A stretch of 64,000 bases of DNA from Thermodesulfovibrionales bacterium (GCA_963715195.1 CAVQRT010000002.1:192001-256000); one strand, 5' to 3'. Shown: positions 49,870-59,559, counted from the first letter of the stretch. A program made the numbers and translations. Notes: generated from the letters alone by a model not told the origin.

Positions 49870-52800
49870 TTACTTTTTCAGCCAGTGGACGATCTTTGAA
49901 ACAATCGATAGCAAGGGCTGATTTTCTGCCTCCGCCATCCGACCGGTTGCAAGCTGGATATTCTTCTGCAGCTGTTCACTCCCGTCTTTGGGCGGTTGAA
50001 TCATAATCGCGTCACCAGCCGGTGGCGCCCCGCTGCCCAAACTAATGCTTTTATGGACGGTAACACTGCCGCCCGTGCCGGTTGAAATTTCAGGGGAGCG
50101 GATTGCTACGCGTGCAGGAGCTAATCCGGTTGTGTAACTGACAGAATACAGATATGAATCCCCGCCATAGGTGCAGGGGTCTGAGTCGGGTCTGTAGGAA
50201 AGGAAATCCAGAATCCCCCCAACAGCAACTGGACGCGAGATGACCCGCTCCCTGCCCGATAGAGAGATTCTCCATCCCGGATCAGTGCTGGTTAGAGTAG
50301 TTGATGCCGGTTTCACTGCAGTTACAATGTCTCTGAACCGGAAGCTTTTCATCTCCGCATCATACCCGCACACTCTATCAGTTCCCGTAACAACCCCGTT
50401 TGTCAGTACATTTGTTGCATCAAACAGGGATGCTTCATTGATAAGATCATTCTTATCCTGAAGTCCGAAAACAATCTGCTGTGATTCATCTGTTTCGTCA
50501 ACATCGCTAAAATACTTCCCGGACCCCGCATAAACCCAAATAGCGCCTTTCGTATCCTTCGCGGCCTCGGGAGAGGCAGTGAACGGGTACTTACCGGAAA
50601 ACAAAACATTCCCAAAGGAAGAACTCCATGCAACATCTGCCCCTGACGCCTCGAGGACTGCCGGCACATTGAGGCTCATCATTTTGCCCATCCATGCCGT
50701 ATTGGACTGAAAGCTTGTGCCAAAGTATATTTTTTCTGTTATGTAATCCTTGTCCGCATCAATTGCGAGCAGGTCAGCGACTATAGCAGGATGGTCAAGG
50801 GTTATCTTTTTTACGAGGTCGCCTGTCCCGAGATTCAGGATATAAAGACAGCCCGGTGCGCTTCTTCCGATATCATCCCCAGCTTTCGGAAGCACCTTTG
50901 ATCCGGACCCCAGAATGACATACCATTTCCCGTTCTGCATTTTGTCTCCTGTCCTTACTATGGCAGGCGCTGATGCGGCAAACCCCATGTCATCGTCCGA
51001 GAATTCCCAAAGCGGGACAGGTCTTTCAGGTAAGGTGACATCAAGGGCAAAATAGGATGAGAAGCCCACATCTGCGGGAGCGCCGGCAGGGGGGTCAGCC
51101 GGTCTTCCTCCAGTTCCGCAGGCACCTCCAAATCGCATTCCGCCGAGAAGTATCGTCCTCCAACTATTTTGGTCTTTTGTCGCCCCGGGTCCTCCGCTGA
51201 AACTGACGTCAAATACTTTCACGGAAAGGTCAGTATAATTGATATGGCAATAATCCGGATCAGCGAGGTATTTAATATAGGGGAATGCGTTGAAGGGAAT
51301 ATACGCCCAGATCTCTTCACCAAGCTGCTCGTGCTCACCATCCCCCGAGCCGAAGAAATTTCTCAGGAGCGCCTTAACACTGCCGGCCAGCCCCCCGTCC
51401 TTCAGATATCCGCCCCTGAAGGCATGGAGCATCCCGTCATTTGCACCGGCAAAGACAACCGATGACTTTCTTTGATAACGGTTATCGGCAATATAGTCAT
51501 AATAGCTTCTGTCGGCATAATCAACATGGTATGCATTGAGCGGCATCCCGCCCGATACCTTCGGCGTTGAGTTCATGATATCTCCCAGTTTCCACACCCG
51601 GGATACCCCGTCAATGGCAATCCTCCGGTCCCTGAATGCAGGATTAATCCCGCTGCCGCATGGTGTATCACCCGTAACCCCTGACTCAAGGCATTCACCC
51701 CGTATATATCTCACGATGGCATCAGCAGTATAGTCTGTATCAGGGTTGAGCGCACTCAGCAGCGTCGAATTCATAGCAGTTTGAAATAGGGGGTACGGTG
51801 TTTCAGAGAACGTGTGGGTCACCTTGGCACCTCTGATGATTTTCTTTGATGTGAAAATTATTCGATCTGAAGGTACTCTGAGAGCAAGGCTCCTCCCCGC
51901 TTCCCAGATGGATTTCACATGAGCAGATTCTCTGATCTCAGGATTTGAGCACCGTGCGAAGGTGCCTCCGCCGCCGTCAGACTGTGTGGTAAACAGTGCC
52001 GCTTTGGTTTCGTTGCCCCTGTCAGGAGCAAAAAACTTGACGATTTTATCCTGGTTGAGCATAAGCTTATAATCGTGGACAGAGTCCTCTCTGAGATTGC
52101 CATCCGGGTCTGTCCAGAGACTCTGCATATATCCGGTCCATAAGACCTCGCCAGCCCCTTCCTGTCTCGCCGGCAAAAAAAAAGCCTGCATAATGCCTCC
52201 GGCAGCACCGGCACTGCCTGAGAGCGCGGAAGCTGCCGTGCCCGATGCTGCCTGTGCAGAGATATCAGAGAAGGCTCTTCCAAGTGACAACCGTATTGAC
52301 GGGAAATCTGCTGCTTCAAAATAGGTATCTGGCAGACTGTCACCATTCCTGTCCCACTCATGGCTGAGGTCAGGGAGCCTGTTCCCGTTTGCATCGGCAA
52401 ATCCGCCGTATTTGGAAAATCCTTTCATGATATCCTTTCCGGCTGCAGAACCAAATATATTGACGCTGTAATACTGTATTACCTGAGTGCCGTCCCGGTC
52501 GGCTCTGATGTCGGAAGTATGGGCCTTTCGTATCTCTTCATTGAGATGCTGAGCTGAATAGAGGGCCGGTATATCGGTTGCGTCTCCGCTGCTCAGGCTG
52601 ATGACAAAGTTTTTTCTGCACTGCATGGAATCAACCGGATCCGCGCAGGCACTGCATACCGGGCAACCATTCTTGTAAAATTCGATAGTTCGCAGAACCG
52701 CTTTGCCAAGCGGAGCTTCCACATTCATCTCATCCGGTGCAGCACCTGCTATTGCCCTGTACAAAGCATCCAAAGAATCCGTTTCGCTGATGCAGGAGGT

Positions 52801-53481
52801 CATCGTGATATCATTTTGCAATGACTGAAAACTCATCACAGCAATACGCGGCGCAAACCTATCCCGGACGCCGTCATTATTTCTGTCGACCAATTCGGGA
52901 ATCAGTCCCCTCTCTTTTCTTCCGTTACGAACAATGATTTTTGTGCCCGGATTCTGGAGAGCGCATCCCGCTCCCGTTATAAATAATGAGTCATTGGACA
53001 CGGTAAAATCGCATTGCGGATAGTGGGGAGTTGTCTTTGTCCAACCACGGTTCAGACTTTCTCCTGCGAGATCGACTGAAGCAGGCTCAGCAGCCCCCAA
53101 TCCTCCTGCAAGCACATACATGAGGATGTCGAATCTGCTCATTGCTGCCCAATTCAGCAGGGCACCCGGGTAGGGCCCATGATCTCCGGACTCGCAATTT
53201 CCGGATGTTTCATAAAACATATCTGTTGTCGAACAGTACGTACTCCGGGAATCAAAGTATCCGACATAGGAGGTTGGGGAAGAATTGTCATAGTGATCTG
53301 GAAGCGGGTATGCGGCGGCAAGCATTGCTGCTGAATTATCCAGTACGATGACGATGTTCGGCGGTACGGTTCTGGTTATAAAGGGAGAGATGCTGCAAAA
53401 GTCGGACATCGTTTGAGTATAGATTAGGGTTGGGACTATGACTGTTACTATACATAGTATAAAACCAATCTTTTTCTTCAT
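49870..53481 (-). CDS. pilY1: PilY1/PilC-family pilus tip adhesin (cluster 2)
   Basis: AGGAGGAGG RBS, signal peptide, vWA-like PPNIVIVLDNS, KLGDIMNSTP, GANDGMLHAF, P.PLWEF beta-propeller motifs. Confidence 0.88.
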   Translation of the reverse strand: MKKKIGFILCIVTVIVPTLIYTQTMSDFCSISPFITRTVPPNIVIVLDNSAAMLAAAYPLPDHYDNSSPTSYVGYFDSRSTYCSTTDMFYETSGNCESGDHGPYPGALLNWAAMSRFDILMYVLAGGLGAAEPASVDLAGESLNRGWTKTTPHYPQCDFTVSNDSLFITGAGCALQNPGTKIIVRNGRKERGLIPELVDRNNDGVRDRFAPRIAVMSFQSLQNDITMTSCISETDSLDALYRAIAGAAPDEMNVEAPLGKAVLRTIEFYKNGCPVCSACADPVDSMQCRKNFVISLSSGDATDIPALYSAQHLNEEIRKAHTSDIRADRDGTQVIQYYSVNIFGSAAGKDIMKGFSKYGGFADANGNRLPDLSHEWDRNGDSLPDTYFEAADFPSIRLSLGRAFSDISAQAASGTAASALSGSAGAAGGIMQAFFLPARQEGAGEVLWTGYMQSLWTDPDGNLREDSVHDYKLMLNQDKIVKFFAPDRGNETKAALFTTQSDGGGGTFARCSNPEIRESAHVKSIWEAGRSLALRVPSDRIIFTSKKIIRGAKVTHTFSETPYPLFQTAMNSTLLSALNPDTDYTADAIVRYIRGECLESGVTGDTPCGSGINPAFRDRRIAIDGVSRVWKLGDIMNSTPKVSGGMPLNAYHVDYADRSYYDYIADNRYQRKSSVVFAGANDGMLHAFRGGYLKDGGLAGSVKALLRNFFGSGDGEHEQLGEEIWAYIPFNAFPYIKYLADPDYCHINYTDLSVKVFDVSFSGGPGATKDQNSWRTILLGGMRFGGACGTGGRPADPPAGAPADVGFSSYFALDVTLPERPVPLWEFSDDDMGFAASAPAIVRTGDKMQNGKWYVILGSGSKVLPKAGDDIGRSAPGCLYILNLGTGDLVKKITLDHPAIVADLLAIDADKDYITEKIYFGTSFQSNTAWMGKMMSLNVPAVLEASGADVAWSSSFGNVLFSGKYPFTASPEAAKDTKGAIWVYAGSGKYFSDVDETDESQQIVFGLQDKNDLINEASLFDATNVLTNGVVTGTDRVCGYDAEMKSFRFRDIVTAVKPASTTLTSTDPGWRISLSGRERVISRPVAVGGILDFLSYRPDSDPCTYGGDSYLYSVSYTTGLAPARVAIRSPEISTGTGGSVTVHKSISLGSGAPPAGDAIMIQPPKDGSEQLQKNIQLATGRMAEAENQPLLSIVSKIVHWLKK

Positions 53482-53504
53482 TTCCTCCTCCTGATTAATT
53501 GTGG

Positions 53505-54074
53505 TTATGATACATATCGGTAGAGCGCCGAGGTCTCTGCTTTTATGCCACCAGCCCCGGTTACGATTGCATTAATCCTGTAGTAAATTGCGGTTGAAGG
53601 GGGACCATTGCCTGATTTGGGGAATTCAAGCCTGCTTCCCGGCAATTGAGAGGAAAAAAGCCGCGTAAGGGTAATTTTTGCTGAGTAGTTCGAAAAAAGA
53701 TCTGAAGCAGGCAACGTGAGAGAAGTTGTACAGGGAACATTTTCAAGAAATAAAACCGCTTCAACAAGACAGCCGGGGCTTGAGTCGACTATCGGCAATG
53801 CGGCTGCAGGCTCCCCTCTTGCAATGAGCTGGACTGCGGCTTTCATGATTTCTATCGAACCATCCGCAGCTTCAGCGGCTGTTGAATATCTTTTGCCGGC
53901 TCCCGACATCATGGTGGATTGAGTAACAACGTAGAGGGTTCCTGTTATGAAAATAGTGACTGCAAGGGTTATCACCAGCGCGGCAACCAACGCAATCCCG
54001 TGATTAGCAGATAGTTGTCTGCTTTTTTTCACTTGTGGTTTCTTGGTGTTACGGTTAAGGCAATTAGTCTCCAA
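53505..54074 (-). CDS. pilX: PilX-like minor pilin (cluster 2)
   Basis: G/IALVAALVITL without E+5; C-terminal YYRINA..G....AE...LY. Confidence 0.75.
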   Translation of the reverse strand: METNCLNRNTKKPQVKKSRQLSANHGIALVAALVITLAVTIFITGTLYVVTQSTMMSGAGKRYSTAAEAADGSIEIMKAAVQLIARGEPAAALPIVDSSPGCLVEAVLFLENVPCTTSLTLPASDLFSNYSAKITLTRLFSSQLPGSRLEFPKSGNGPPSTAIYYRINAIVTGAGGIKAETSALYRYVS

Positions 54075-55165
54075 CGGTATTTCCTCTGCTCAGCTGTCAA
54101 CGTTACATCCCTACCGATTCCGAGATTTGCATCCCCTGCGCGGATTCGATCAGGGTTTGACGGATTCTCCGGGTTTGTGTACAGGTAGTCAGCATCCCTG
54201 TTACCATTCTGGACAAGGATATAAACCCTTACCTGTTTCAGCCGCCGCCTGAGCATCTCAGAATCATATGAAGATGATAAAATCCCGCCGTTATCCCATA
54301 CATCAATGAGCCCGTCTTCAGGAGAACTTGCATCGATGCCAAAAGCGACCTGAATATCCCTCACACATCCAAGGAGCGGTTCAATTGATTGACCATGCGT
54401 CATTTCTATCCTCTGGAGGCTTCTTGTGCCCCGTGCACAGGTTTTTGGCATATCAGCAGGAGATCCACCCAACCGGTACTGGATTACATAATACGGTCTC
54501 GGGATTTCCGATCCGCTCCCCTGGGGAGGCCTGCTCAGCCCATAAAGAAGCGCCCCTCTCCCTTCATGGGCAGAAAAATTCGGGGCAGACGGATAAATGA
54601 ATCTCCACGTCACACCGTCTGTAATCATTGCTCTGGTATTTGGCTCAATATAAACAACCCTGTCATTCACCTGCACATCTTCCCTGACATCATCCCATAG
54701 CTGGAACACAGCGGGTGACGTGTCCTTGAGATAGGTCCAGCCCTGTGAAGCCTTTGAATATATGCCGAGCGCTGTCCCCGTCATGAACAGCGAATCAGCA
54801 CCTGTGAGTCCTGTTGTTGGATACCTGCCACCCAGCGGATTCAGGGTACTGCCCGGGGCAATATTGTCTGTTGCACCCAGTGGCAAAGGTTCAGGGGAAA
54901 ATATCATTCCACCATAGTCATCTGCCAATCCATACCCTGCCATCAAGATATCCCGCTCGATGATATTCCTTGCAATAACTATCTCAATTTCGGATTGCGC
55001 GAGTCTGTATTCCCTCGTCGCGTGACCTGCATGTGTTGTATACACAGAATATACCCCTGCCATAACAACCGAAAAGATCGCAAGTGTTATAATGAGCTCT
55101 GCAAGGGTTGTCCCGCTTTGATATGCTTTTCTCCAGACCTTCAATTCCTTATAGCTTTCCAACAT
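54029..55165 (-). CDS. pilW: PilW-like minor pilin (cluster 2)
   Basis: G/TTLAELIITL prepilin motif, RDI.MAGYG, V.D.QV.FG.D, VRVYIL; paralog of 58393-59559. Confidence 0.8.
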   Translation of the reverse strand: MLESYKELKVWRKAYQSGTTLAELIITLAIFSVVMAGVYSVYTTHAGHATREYRLAQSEIEIVIARNIIERDILMAGYGLADDYGGMIFSPEPLPLGATDNIAPGSTLNPLGGRYPTTGLTGADSLFMTGTALGIYSKASQGWTYLKDTSPAVFQLWDDVREDVQVNDRVVYIEPNTRAMITDGVTWRFIYPSAPNFSAHEGRGALLYGLSRPPQGSGSEIPRPYYVIQYRLGGSPADMPKTCARGTRSLQRIEMTHGQSIEPLLGCVRDIQVAFGIDASSPEDGLIDVWDNGGILSSSYDSEMLRRRLKQVRVYILVQNGNRDADYLYTNPENPSNPDRIRAGDANLGIGRDVTLTAEQRKYRWRLIALTVTPRNHK

Positions 55166-55176
55166 TTCAGTCGACT

Positions 55177-55206
55177 CCTTGGACCCTTGAATCCTTGAAC
55201 CCTTGC
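55177..55206. repeat. 8-mer tandem repeat between pilV and pilW
   Basis: CCTTGGAC CCTTGAAT CCTTGAAC CCTTGC. Confidence 0.75.
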
Positions 55207-55207
55207 C

Positions 55208-55693
55208 TCACGGTTTTCGGTGTCTGTAAAGAACAGTGCTGTGGAGGTGACCTTCATTGCGTTCCTTGTAAGCGACGCTAATACTTATCTGACGGAGATC
55301 CTCGCCGAGGGGTAGCACATCCCACGTCATGTTGAATCGCTGCCGGAAGTTCTTAATTGTTTGCACGGGGTTGGGATATTTCAGATAATCATCCGGATAA
55401 TCGTTCAGACAGGGATTGCTGTTGTCATACCGGTATGAGTCATTATAGTTCGCAGAACCAGGGTCTGCAGTCAATCCGCATGAACGGATTGAATCAAACG
55501 GCAGAGCAAGAATAATCCCGGTGGTCTGATTTGTCATCCTGATTGCGGCATTCCTTAGGTCGTTTGCAACATTAATCTGGATTGCATGGATCAACACAGC
55601 CGATAGGACCAGGAGTGTGAGCGCGATAATGACGAGAGCAGTCATCATTTCGATCAGCGTGAACCCGTTACTGTTCCTGGCACTCGTTTTCAT
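55208..55693 (-). CDS. pilV: PilV-like minor pilin (cluster 2)
   Basis: G/FTLIEMMTALVII prepilin motif; position between fimT and pilW. Confidence 0.75.
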   Translation of the reverse strand: MKTSARNSNGFTLIEMMTALVIIALTLLVLSAVLIHAIQINVANDLRNAAIRMTNQTTGIILALPFDSIRSCGLTADPGSANYNDSYRYDNSNPCLNDYPDDYLKYPNPVQTIKNFRQRFNMTWDVLPLGEDLRQISISVAYKERNEGHLHSTVLYRHRKP

Positions 55694-56273
55694 TCCATAT
55701 GCCTTCGCGTATCCGGTTAAAACTGATGCTCACACATTTTTTCTGGAGTTCATGCATCTGCGGGTGGAGAAAAACTATGCTCATCTTCTGGAACCCAAAA
55801 TTCGCCTGTCTCGGTATCCCATGACGGTCAAAAAGCAGCACGGCGTTATCCGGATAGACCAGTGATCCGCTTTTTTTAATCTGCAATTCAAGCGGCGGGA
55901 AAATATCCCTCTGTCTTGCGCCTGCCCCGCCATCAGTCAGCGCCGATTCCTCCCCTATTCCGTCATAGGCAAAATTGCCGTTGCTGTCATTGAATCTGAA
56001 AAGCTTGTACCGTCTTTTGGATTCGAACCGTATTCCCAGTCCGCGCATTTCGGGACATGCTGCATCCGGTCCCTGAGTCATTGCAGAATATCTGATCCAC
56101 TGAAGGTCTGAAAGAAGTTCTTTCGCAGCGCTCCGGATGCGCTCCGTACCGGTAAATCCAGCTCCAATAGCCGTAAGTGCTGCGAGGATACTGATAATCG
56201 AAAGAACGATGATAAGTTCTATTAAGGTTAAACCATTGTAATTATCACCATTTAGTAATGTGATGCGACTCAT
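55668..56273 (-). CDS. fimT: FimT/FimU-like minor pilin (cluster 2)
   Basis: G/LTLIELIIVLSII, EL.SDL...R..A, FD..G.P, C-terminal Cys pair. Confidence 0.75.
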   Translation of the reverse strand: MSRITLLNGDNYNGLTLIELIIVLSIISILAALTAIGAGFTGTERIRSAAKELLSDLQWIRYSAMTQGPDAACPEMRGLGIRFESKRRYKLFRFNDSNGNFAYDGIGEESALTDGGAGARQRDIFPPLELQIKKSGSLVYPDNAVLLFDRHGIPRQANFGFQKMSIVFLHPQMHELQKKCVSISFNRIREGIWNENECQEQ

Positions 56274-56332
56274 CCCTGGTTCGTCTCGATTCAAAAATCT
56301 TATTTCTTGACAGGATTATATTGATTGAATTT

Positions 56333-56362
56333 AAATTAGCATTTGCTAATATTTATTGTCAA
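56333..56362 (-). promoter_or_regulatory. Sigma-70 promoter of pilin cluster 2 overlapped by a palindromic operator
   Basis: Minus strand TTGACA - 18 nt - TAATTT with TGn extension; palindrome ATTAGCA-TT-TGCTAAT at 56335-56350. Confidence 0.5.
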
Positions 56363-56481
56363 GCTTTTATTTGTTCCATGTGATTTTGATTGAAAATATG
56401 TACTATGAGGTGATAAAAGGGGAATTACATTAAAGCGTTAGCTTATAAATAAAACTGCAAAAAAGGCAGGTTGGTGGCTGG

Positions 56482-57405
56482 TTACTTCTTTTGCTCAGGC
56501 TTTATGTCAAGGGTGAGTTCCTGGGTTGCTTCGCCTCCATGCCCATCAGTAACTGCAACAGTAAATGATGCCTTACCCGTGAAATCAGGGGGCACATCCC
56601 ACGTGATCAAACCAGTTGCAGAATCAATGCTCATACCGGCAGGTGCTTTTTTCAGAGAGTAGGTGAGATTATCTCCATCAGGGTCAGCAGCATTGATCTG
56701 ATGTGAATACCGCTTTCCATCAAAAAGATATTTTCTGTTATCGGTAATCACTGGTGGCAGATTGACAATTTCTCTATGGAGAATTCCCGGGCGTCCATAA
56801 TCCGTTCCGTCAAACGGCGTTATTTTGACCGATATCTTGTCACCTCTTTTAGGGGCCAATTGGATTTGTCTGCTATTTCCGGCAGATTCACCGTTCTTCG
56901 TCCATACATACGAGAGTGTGACCTCATCGCCGTCTATATCAGTCCCGGCAGCATCAACACTCAGGGCATCACCGGGCTTGAAAACCTCCGGCATAATCTG
57001 TATCCTGCTGATCTCCGGCGGAGAATTCCCTATCTGAATCATGTTTGATGACACTTTTTTACCTTCGATTGTTGCCCTGGCCTGAATGCTGTCATTCTTT
57101 TTGATTATCGAGGCATCAAACTCGGATGTCTTGGCATTCGCCAACTTTTCCCCGTTAACAAACCATTCGATTTCCGCATCCGACAGCTTAAAACCATGAG
57201 GTACTGCGTATAGCCGTGATGTTTTCGTGGCATTGACAGGAACTATTTCCAGAGATAAAGCGCCGACCTCTTCTGACCCGCCGGGCTGAGACGTCTGAGA
57301 ACCCACACCAGCTGGTCCCTCCGCTTGTTGCCTGCTGACATCTGACTTGTCAGACGAGCAGGAGAAAAGAAAAAGCATCAGAACAAGTCCAATAAATTTA
57401 TGCAT
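56482..57405 (-). CDS. Lipoprotein with Ig-like / He_PIG domains
   Basis: Lipobox LFLFSC; NSPP, D.DGD..T.SY, APAGMSIDSATGLITW, VAVTDGHGG. Confidence 0.8.
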   Translation of the reverse strand: MHKFIGLVLMLFLFSCSSDKSDVSRQQAEGPAGVGSQTSQPGGSEEVGALSLEIVPVNATKTSRLYAVPHGFKLSDAEIEWFVNGEKLANAKTSEFDASIIKKNDSIQARATIEGKKVSSNMIQIGNSPPEISRIQIMPEVFKPGDALSVDAAGTDIDGDEVTLSYVWTKNGESAGNSRQIQLAPKRGDKISVKITPFDGTDYGRPGILHREIVNLPPVITDNRKYLFDGKRYSHQINAADPDGDNLTYSLKKAPAGMSIDSATGLITWDVPPDFTGKASFTVAVTDGHGGEATQELTLDIKPEQKK

Positions 57406-57426
57406 GGTACACCCTATTCCTTTGAT

Positions 57427-57513
57427 TGTCATTATCCGGCTCGACCGGATAATCCAGGCCTGAAAGCTTCTTGGCTTGAAACCTCTGGATTGCCCGATCA
57501 AGTCGGGCAATGA
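57427..57513. repeat. REP-like double-hairpin element
   Basis: TGTCATTATCCGGCTCGACCGGATAATCCAG .. CTGGATTGCCCGATCAAGTCGGGCAATGAC. Confidence 0.8.
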
Positions 57514-57567
57514 CGGCTTAAAAGATAGTAAGGTTCTGAGGTGTTCCATTAATACAAAAATATTTTA

Positions 57568-57625
57568 TGTCATTCCCGCTTGTCGGGAATCCTTCCGGAA
57601 AGATTCCGGCCACGCCGGAATGACA
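57568..57625. repeat. REP-like double-hairpin element
   Basis: TGTCATTCCCGCTTGTCGGGAATCCTTCCGGAAAGATTCCGGCCACGCCGGAATGACA. Confidence 0.8.
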
Positions 57626-57691
57626 AACAGTGTAACACATTTTTCCTTACAGGCAATCTTCTTCATAATTTTTCTTTTCATTCTATTAACC

Positions 57692-58390
57692 TCAGTACTG
57701 GTACAGTATCGACAATTTTGCCCTCTCGGAAGGGTTCGCTGCATTTTCCGCGTCAACCTCAATGGTGTAAAGATATGGAATGCTCACTACAGTTATTTCA
57801 CCAGAACCAGAACTGACAACGCCGTGTTTCAGCAACCCTTCATCTCCGCCGGAATTGCCCTCAACAGTGTCAACTATTTTTGCATAGCCAGTGTATGTTG
57901 GATAGGGAGCAGATCCAAGATCAAACCGAAAATCATACGTAGTCTGGTCAGCAGGGTCAATAACCATAGTAGTGGCATTTGCATAACTGCCACAGGCCGC
58001 CCAGTTCGTTGCCGATGTATTAGAATTTAGCTTCGCAGTGAGACATGCGTCTGAAATAGTTCTGTAATATCCTATCGCAGTTCCCATGTCAAGATCCGGA
58101 TCCCCCCGCATCGCAAGAAGCCGGAACGTGACGTCAGCGCCACCCATGCCAGCCTCGAGCGCAGTCCTGTATCTCTTCTCCATTCCTGAGATCTGTGTTG
58201 TTGACGTTATCATATAGATTAGCCCGGTAATAATGGCAAGTACAATCGCCGAGAGAATCAATACCATCGCAAGTGCAACACCCTTTTGATTGAGGGGCGC
58301 CAAGGCACGATACAAAAACCATGATCCATGGCTTTTGAATCTTTTGTCCCGTATCGTGCATTTTATTGCTTGCATCTTATATTTTTCCAT
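57692..58390 (-). CDS. pilX: PilX-like minor pilin (cluster 1)
   Basis: NQKG/VALAMVLIL without E+5; long repeat-derived leader; ERAKLSILYQY end. Confidence 0.8.
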   Translation of the reverse strand: MEKYKMQAIKCTIRDKRFKSHGSWFLYRALAPLNQKGVALAMVLILSAIVLAIITGLIYMITSTTQISGMEKRYRTALEAGMGGADVTFRLLAMRGDPDLDMGTAIGYYRTISDACLTAKLNSNTSATNWAACGSYANATTMVIDPADQTTYDFRFDLGSAPYPTYTGYAKIVDTVEGNSGGDEGLLKHGVVSSGSGEITVVSIPYLYTIEVDAENAANPSERAKLSILYQY

Positions 58391-58392
58391 GT

Positions 58393-59559
58393 TTACCTCA
58401 ATAGATTGAGACTATGAACAGTCATCGAGTACACTTTCCATCGGTAATTTTGCCAGTTTGCTCCTATGATTGCAGCCAGATCAAAATCCCTTCCCATAGC
58501 AAATTCTCCAACAGTAACAGGGTTAGTCGTATATGTGAAATTAGGATCTCTCTGGCCTTCGTGGGCTAAGATATATACCCTGACCTCTTTCACCTGATCC
58601 CTTATTTGTTGAGCCGTAAATGCCGAAATATCATCACTGTAACCATCCGCGCTGACAGTTGGCTCAAAGTCTCCGTCCCCATCATTGTCCAGTCCAAATA
58701 TAACCTGCATATCAGCAACACAGTCCAGGAAAGGGAGATAGGTATCATAATTGTTGCCGCCTGTCACGTGTCTGATTGGGGACTTAACAAGCACACCGGT
58801 ACCCGGTGCACACCTTTGTGGGGTTATATTGTTGCCACTTTGATCGGTTCCGGTCACAAAATAGTCAGCTCGATTGAATGGCCTCTGCGGCGATGGGTCG
58901 GTTGTCCCGTTTATTCCGTATACCACACGAGTTTCCAAATTGTCTGTCGGGGGCCAGGGATTGTTCGTCACGTTTCCAAATGTCGTGTAAAAAACTGCCC
59001 CATTTGCAACCAGTCTCTTTGCATTCGTGTCGGTAGACCCCGGAGAAATGACGATTACTCTGTCAGATGATGCAAGATTTTCACTTGCAGGAGTCCATTG
59101 CCTCGGATTTTCTGGGGCCGAGAAGGGTGCCATCTTTAGTGTAGTCCATCTTTGAGATGCGTCGTTCAACGCAACATTCGTTGCCTTTATTACCAAATAA
59201 TCAACACCGCTAAACCCGCTGAACGTAATATTGTTCCCGCTTATGGCAGCCCTCGGTGCGTTGCATGGTGCGCTGCCATTACAATCATTGTAGTTAGCGG
59301 CGGTTGGACCCGTTGCCTCCCCGTAAATGACCGCTGCCGGTATGATCCAGGGAAGTCCGTGCCCCATATGTTCGAGATCGCGTCTCAGCATTTCCAGACC
59401 GACAATTCCTTCAATGTTCGACTCGGAGATCTTGCTCTGTTGCTTGAATTGTGTCAGCAACCCGGAAAATATCTGTGAACCTGCCGCCATCACAAATACA
59501 AAGATAACCATTGTTATGAGAAGCTCAACCATGGTAAATCCTGCCTGTTTCTTAATCAT
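58393..59559 (-). CDS. pilW: PilW-like minor pilin (cluster 1)
   Basis: QAG/FTMVELLITM, LRRDLEH.G.G, VADMQV.FGLD, VRVYIL. Confidence 0.82.
   Translation of the reverse strand: MIKKQAGFTMVELLITMVIFVFVMAAGSQIFSGLLTQFKQQSKISESNIEGIVGLEMLRRDLEHMGHGLPWIIPAAVIYGEATGPTAANYNDCNGSAPCNAPRAAISGNNITFSGFSGVDYLVIKATNVALNDASQRWTTLKMAPFSAPENPRQWTPASENLASSDRVIVISPGSTDTNAKRLVANGAVFYTTFGNVTNNPWPPTDNLETRVVYGINGTTDPSPQRPFNRADYFVTGTDQSGNNITPQRCAPGTGVLVKSPIRHVTGGNNYDTYLPFLDCVADMQVIFGLDNDGDGDFEPTVSADGYSDDISAFTAQQIRDQVKEVRVYILAHEGQRDPNFTYTTNPVTVGEFAMGRDFDLAAIIGANWQNYRWKVYSMTVHSLNLLR

Noticed and set aside
56335..56350. CIRCE (HrcA) element
   Set aside because: Shares TTAGCA/TGCTAA ends but lacks the CTC-N9-GAG core and spacing.
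57406..57549. N-terminal extension of the lipoprotein in the ORF track
   Set aside because: It is a translation of the REP-like element; the lipoprotein signal begins at ATG 57405.
57427..57625. CRISPR array
   Set aside because: Repeats are few, degenerate and palindromic, without regular unique spacers; no cas genes.
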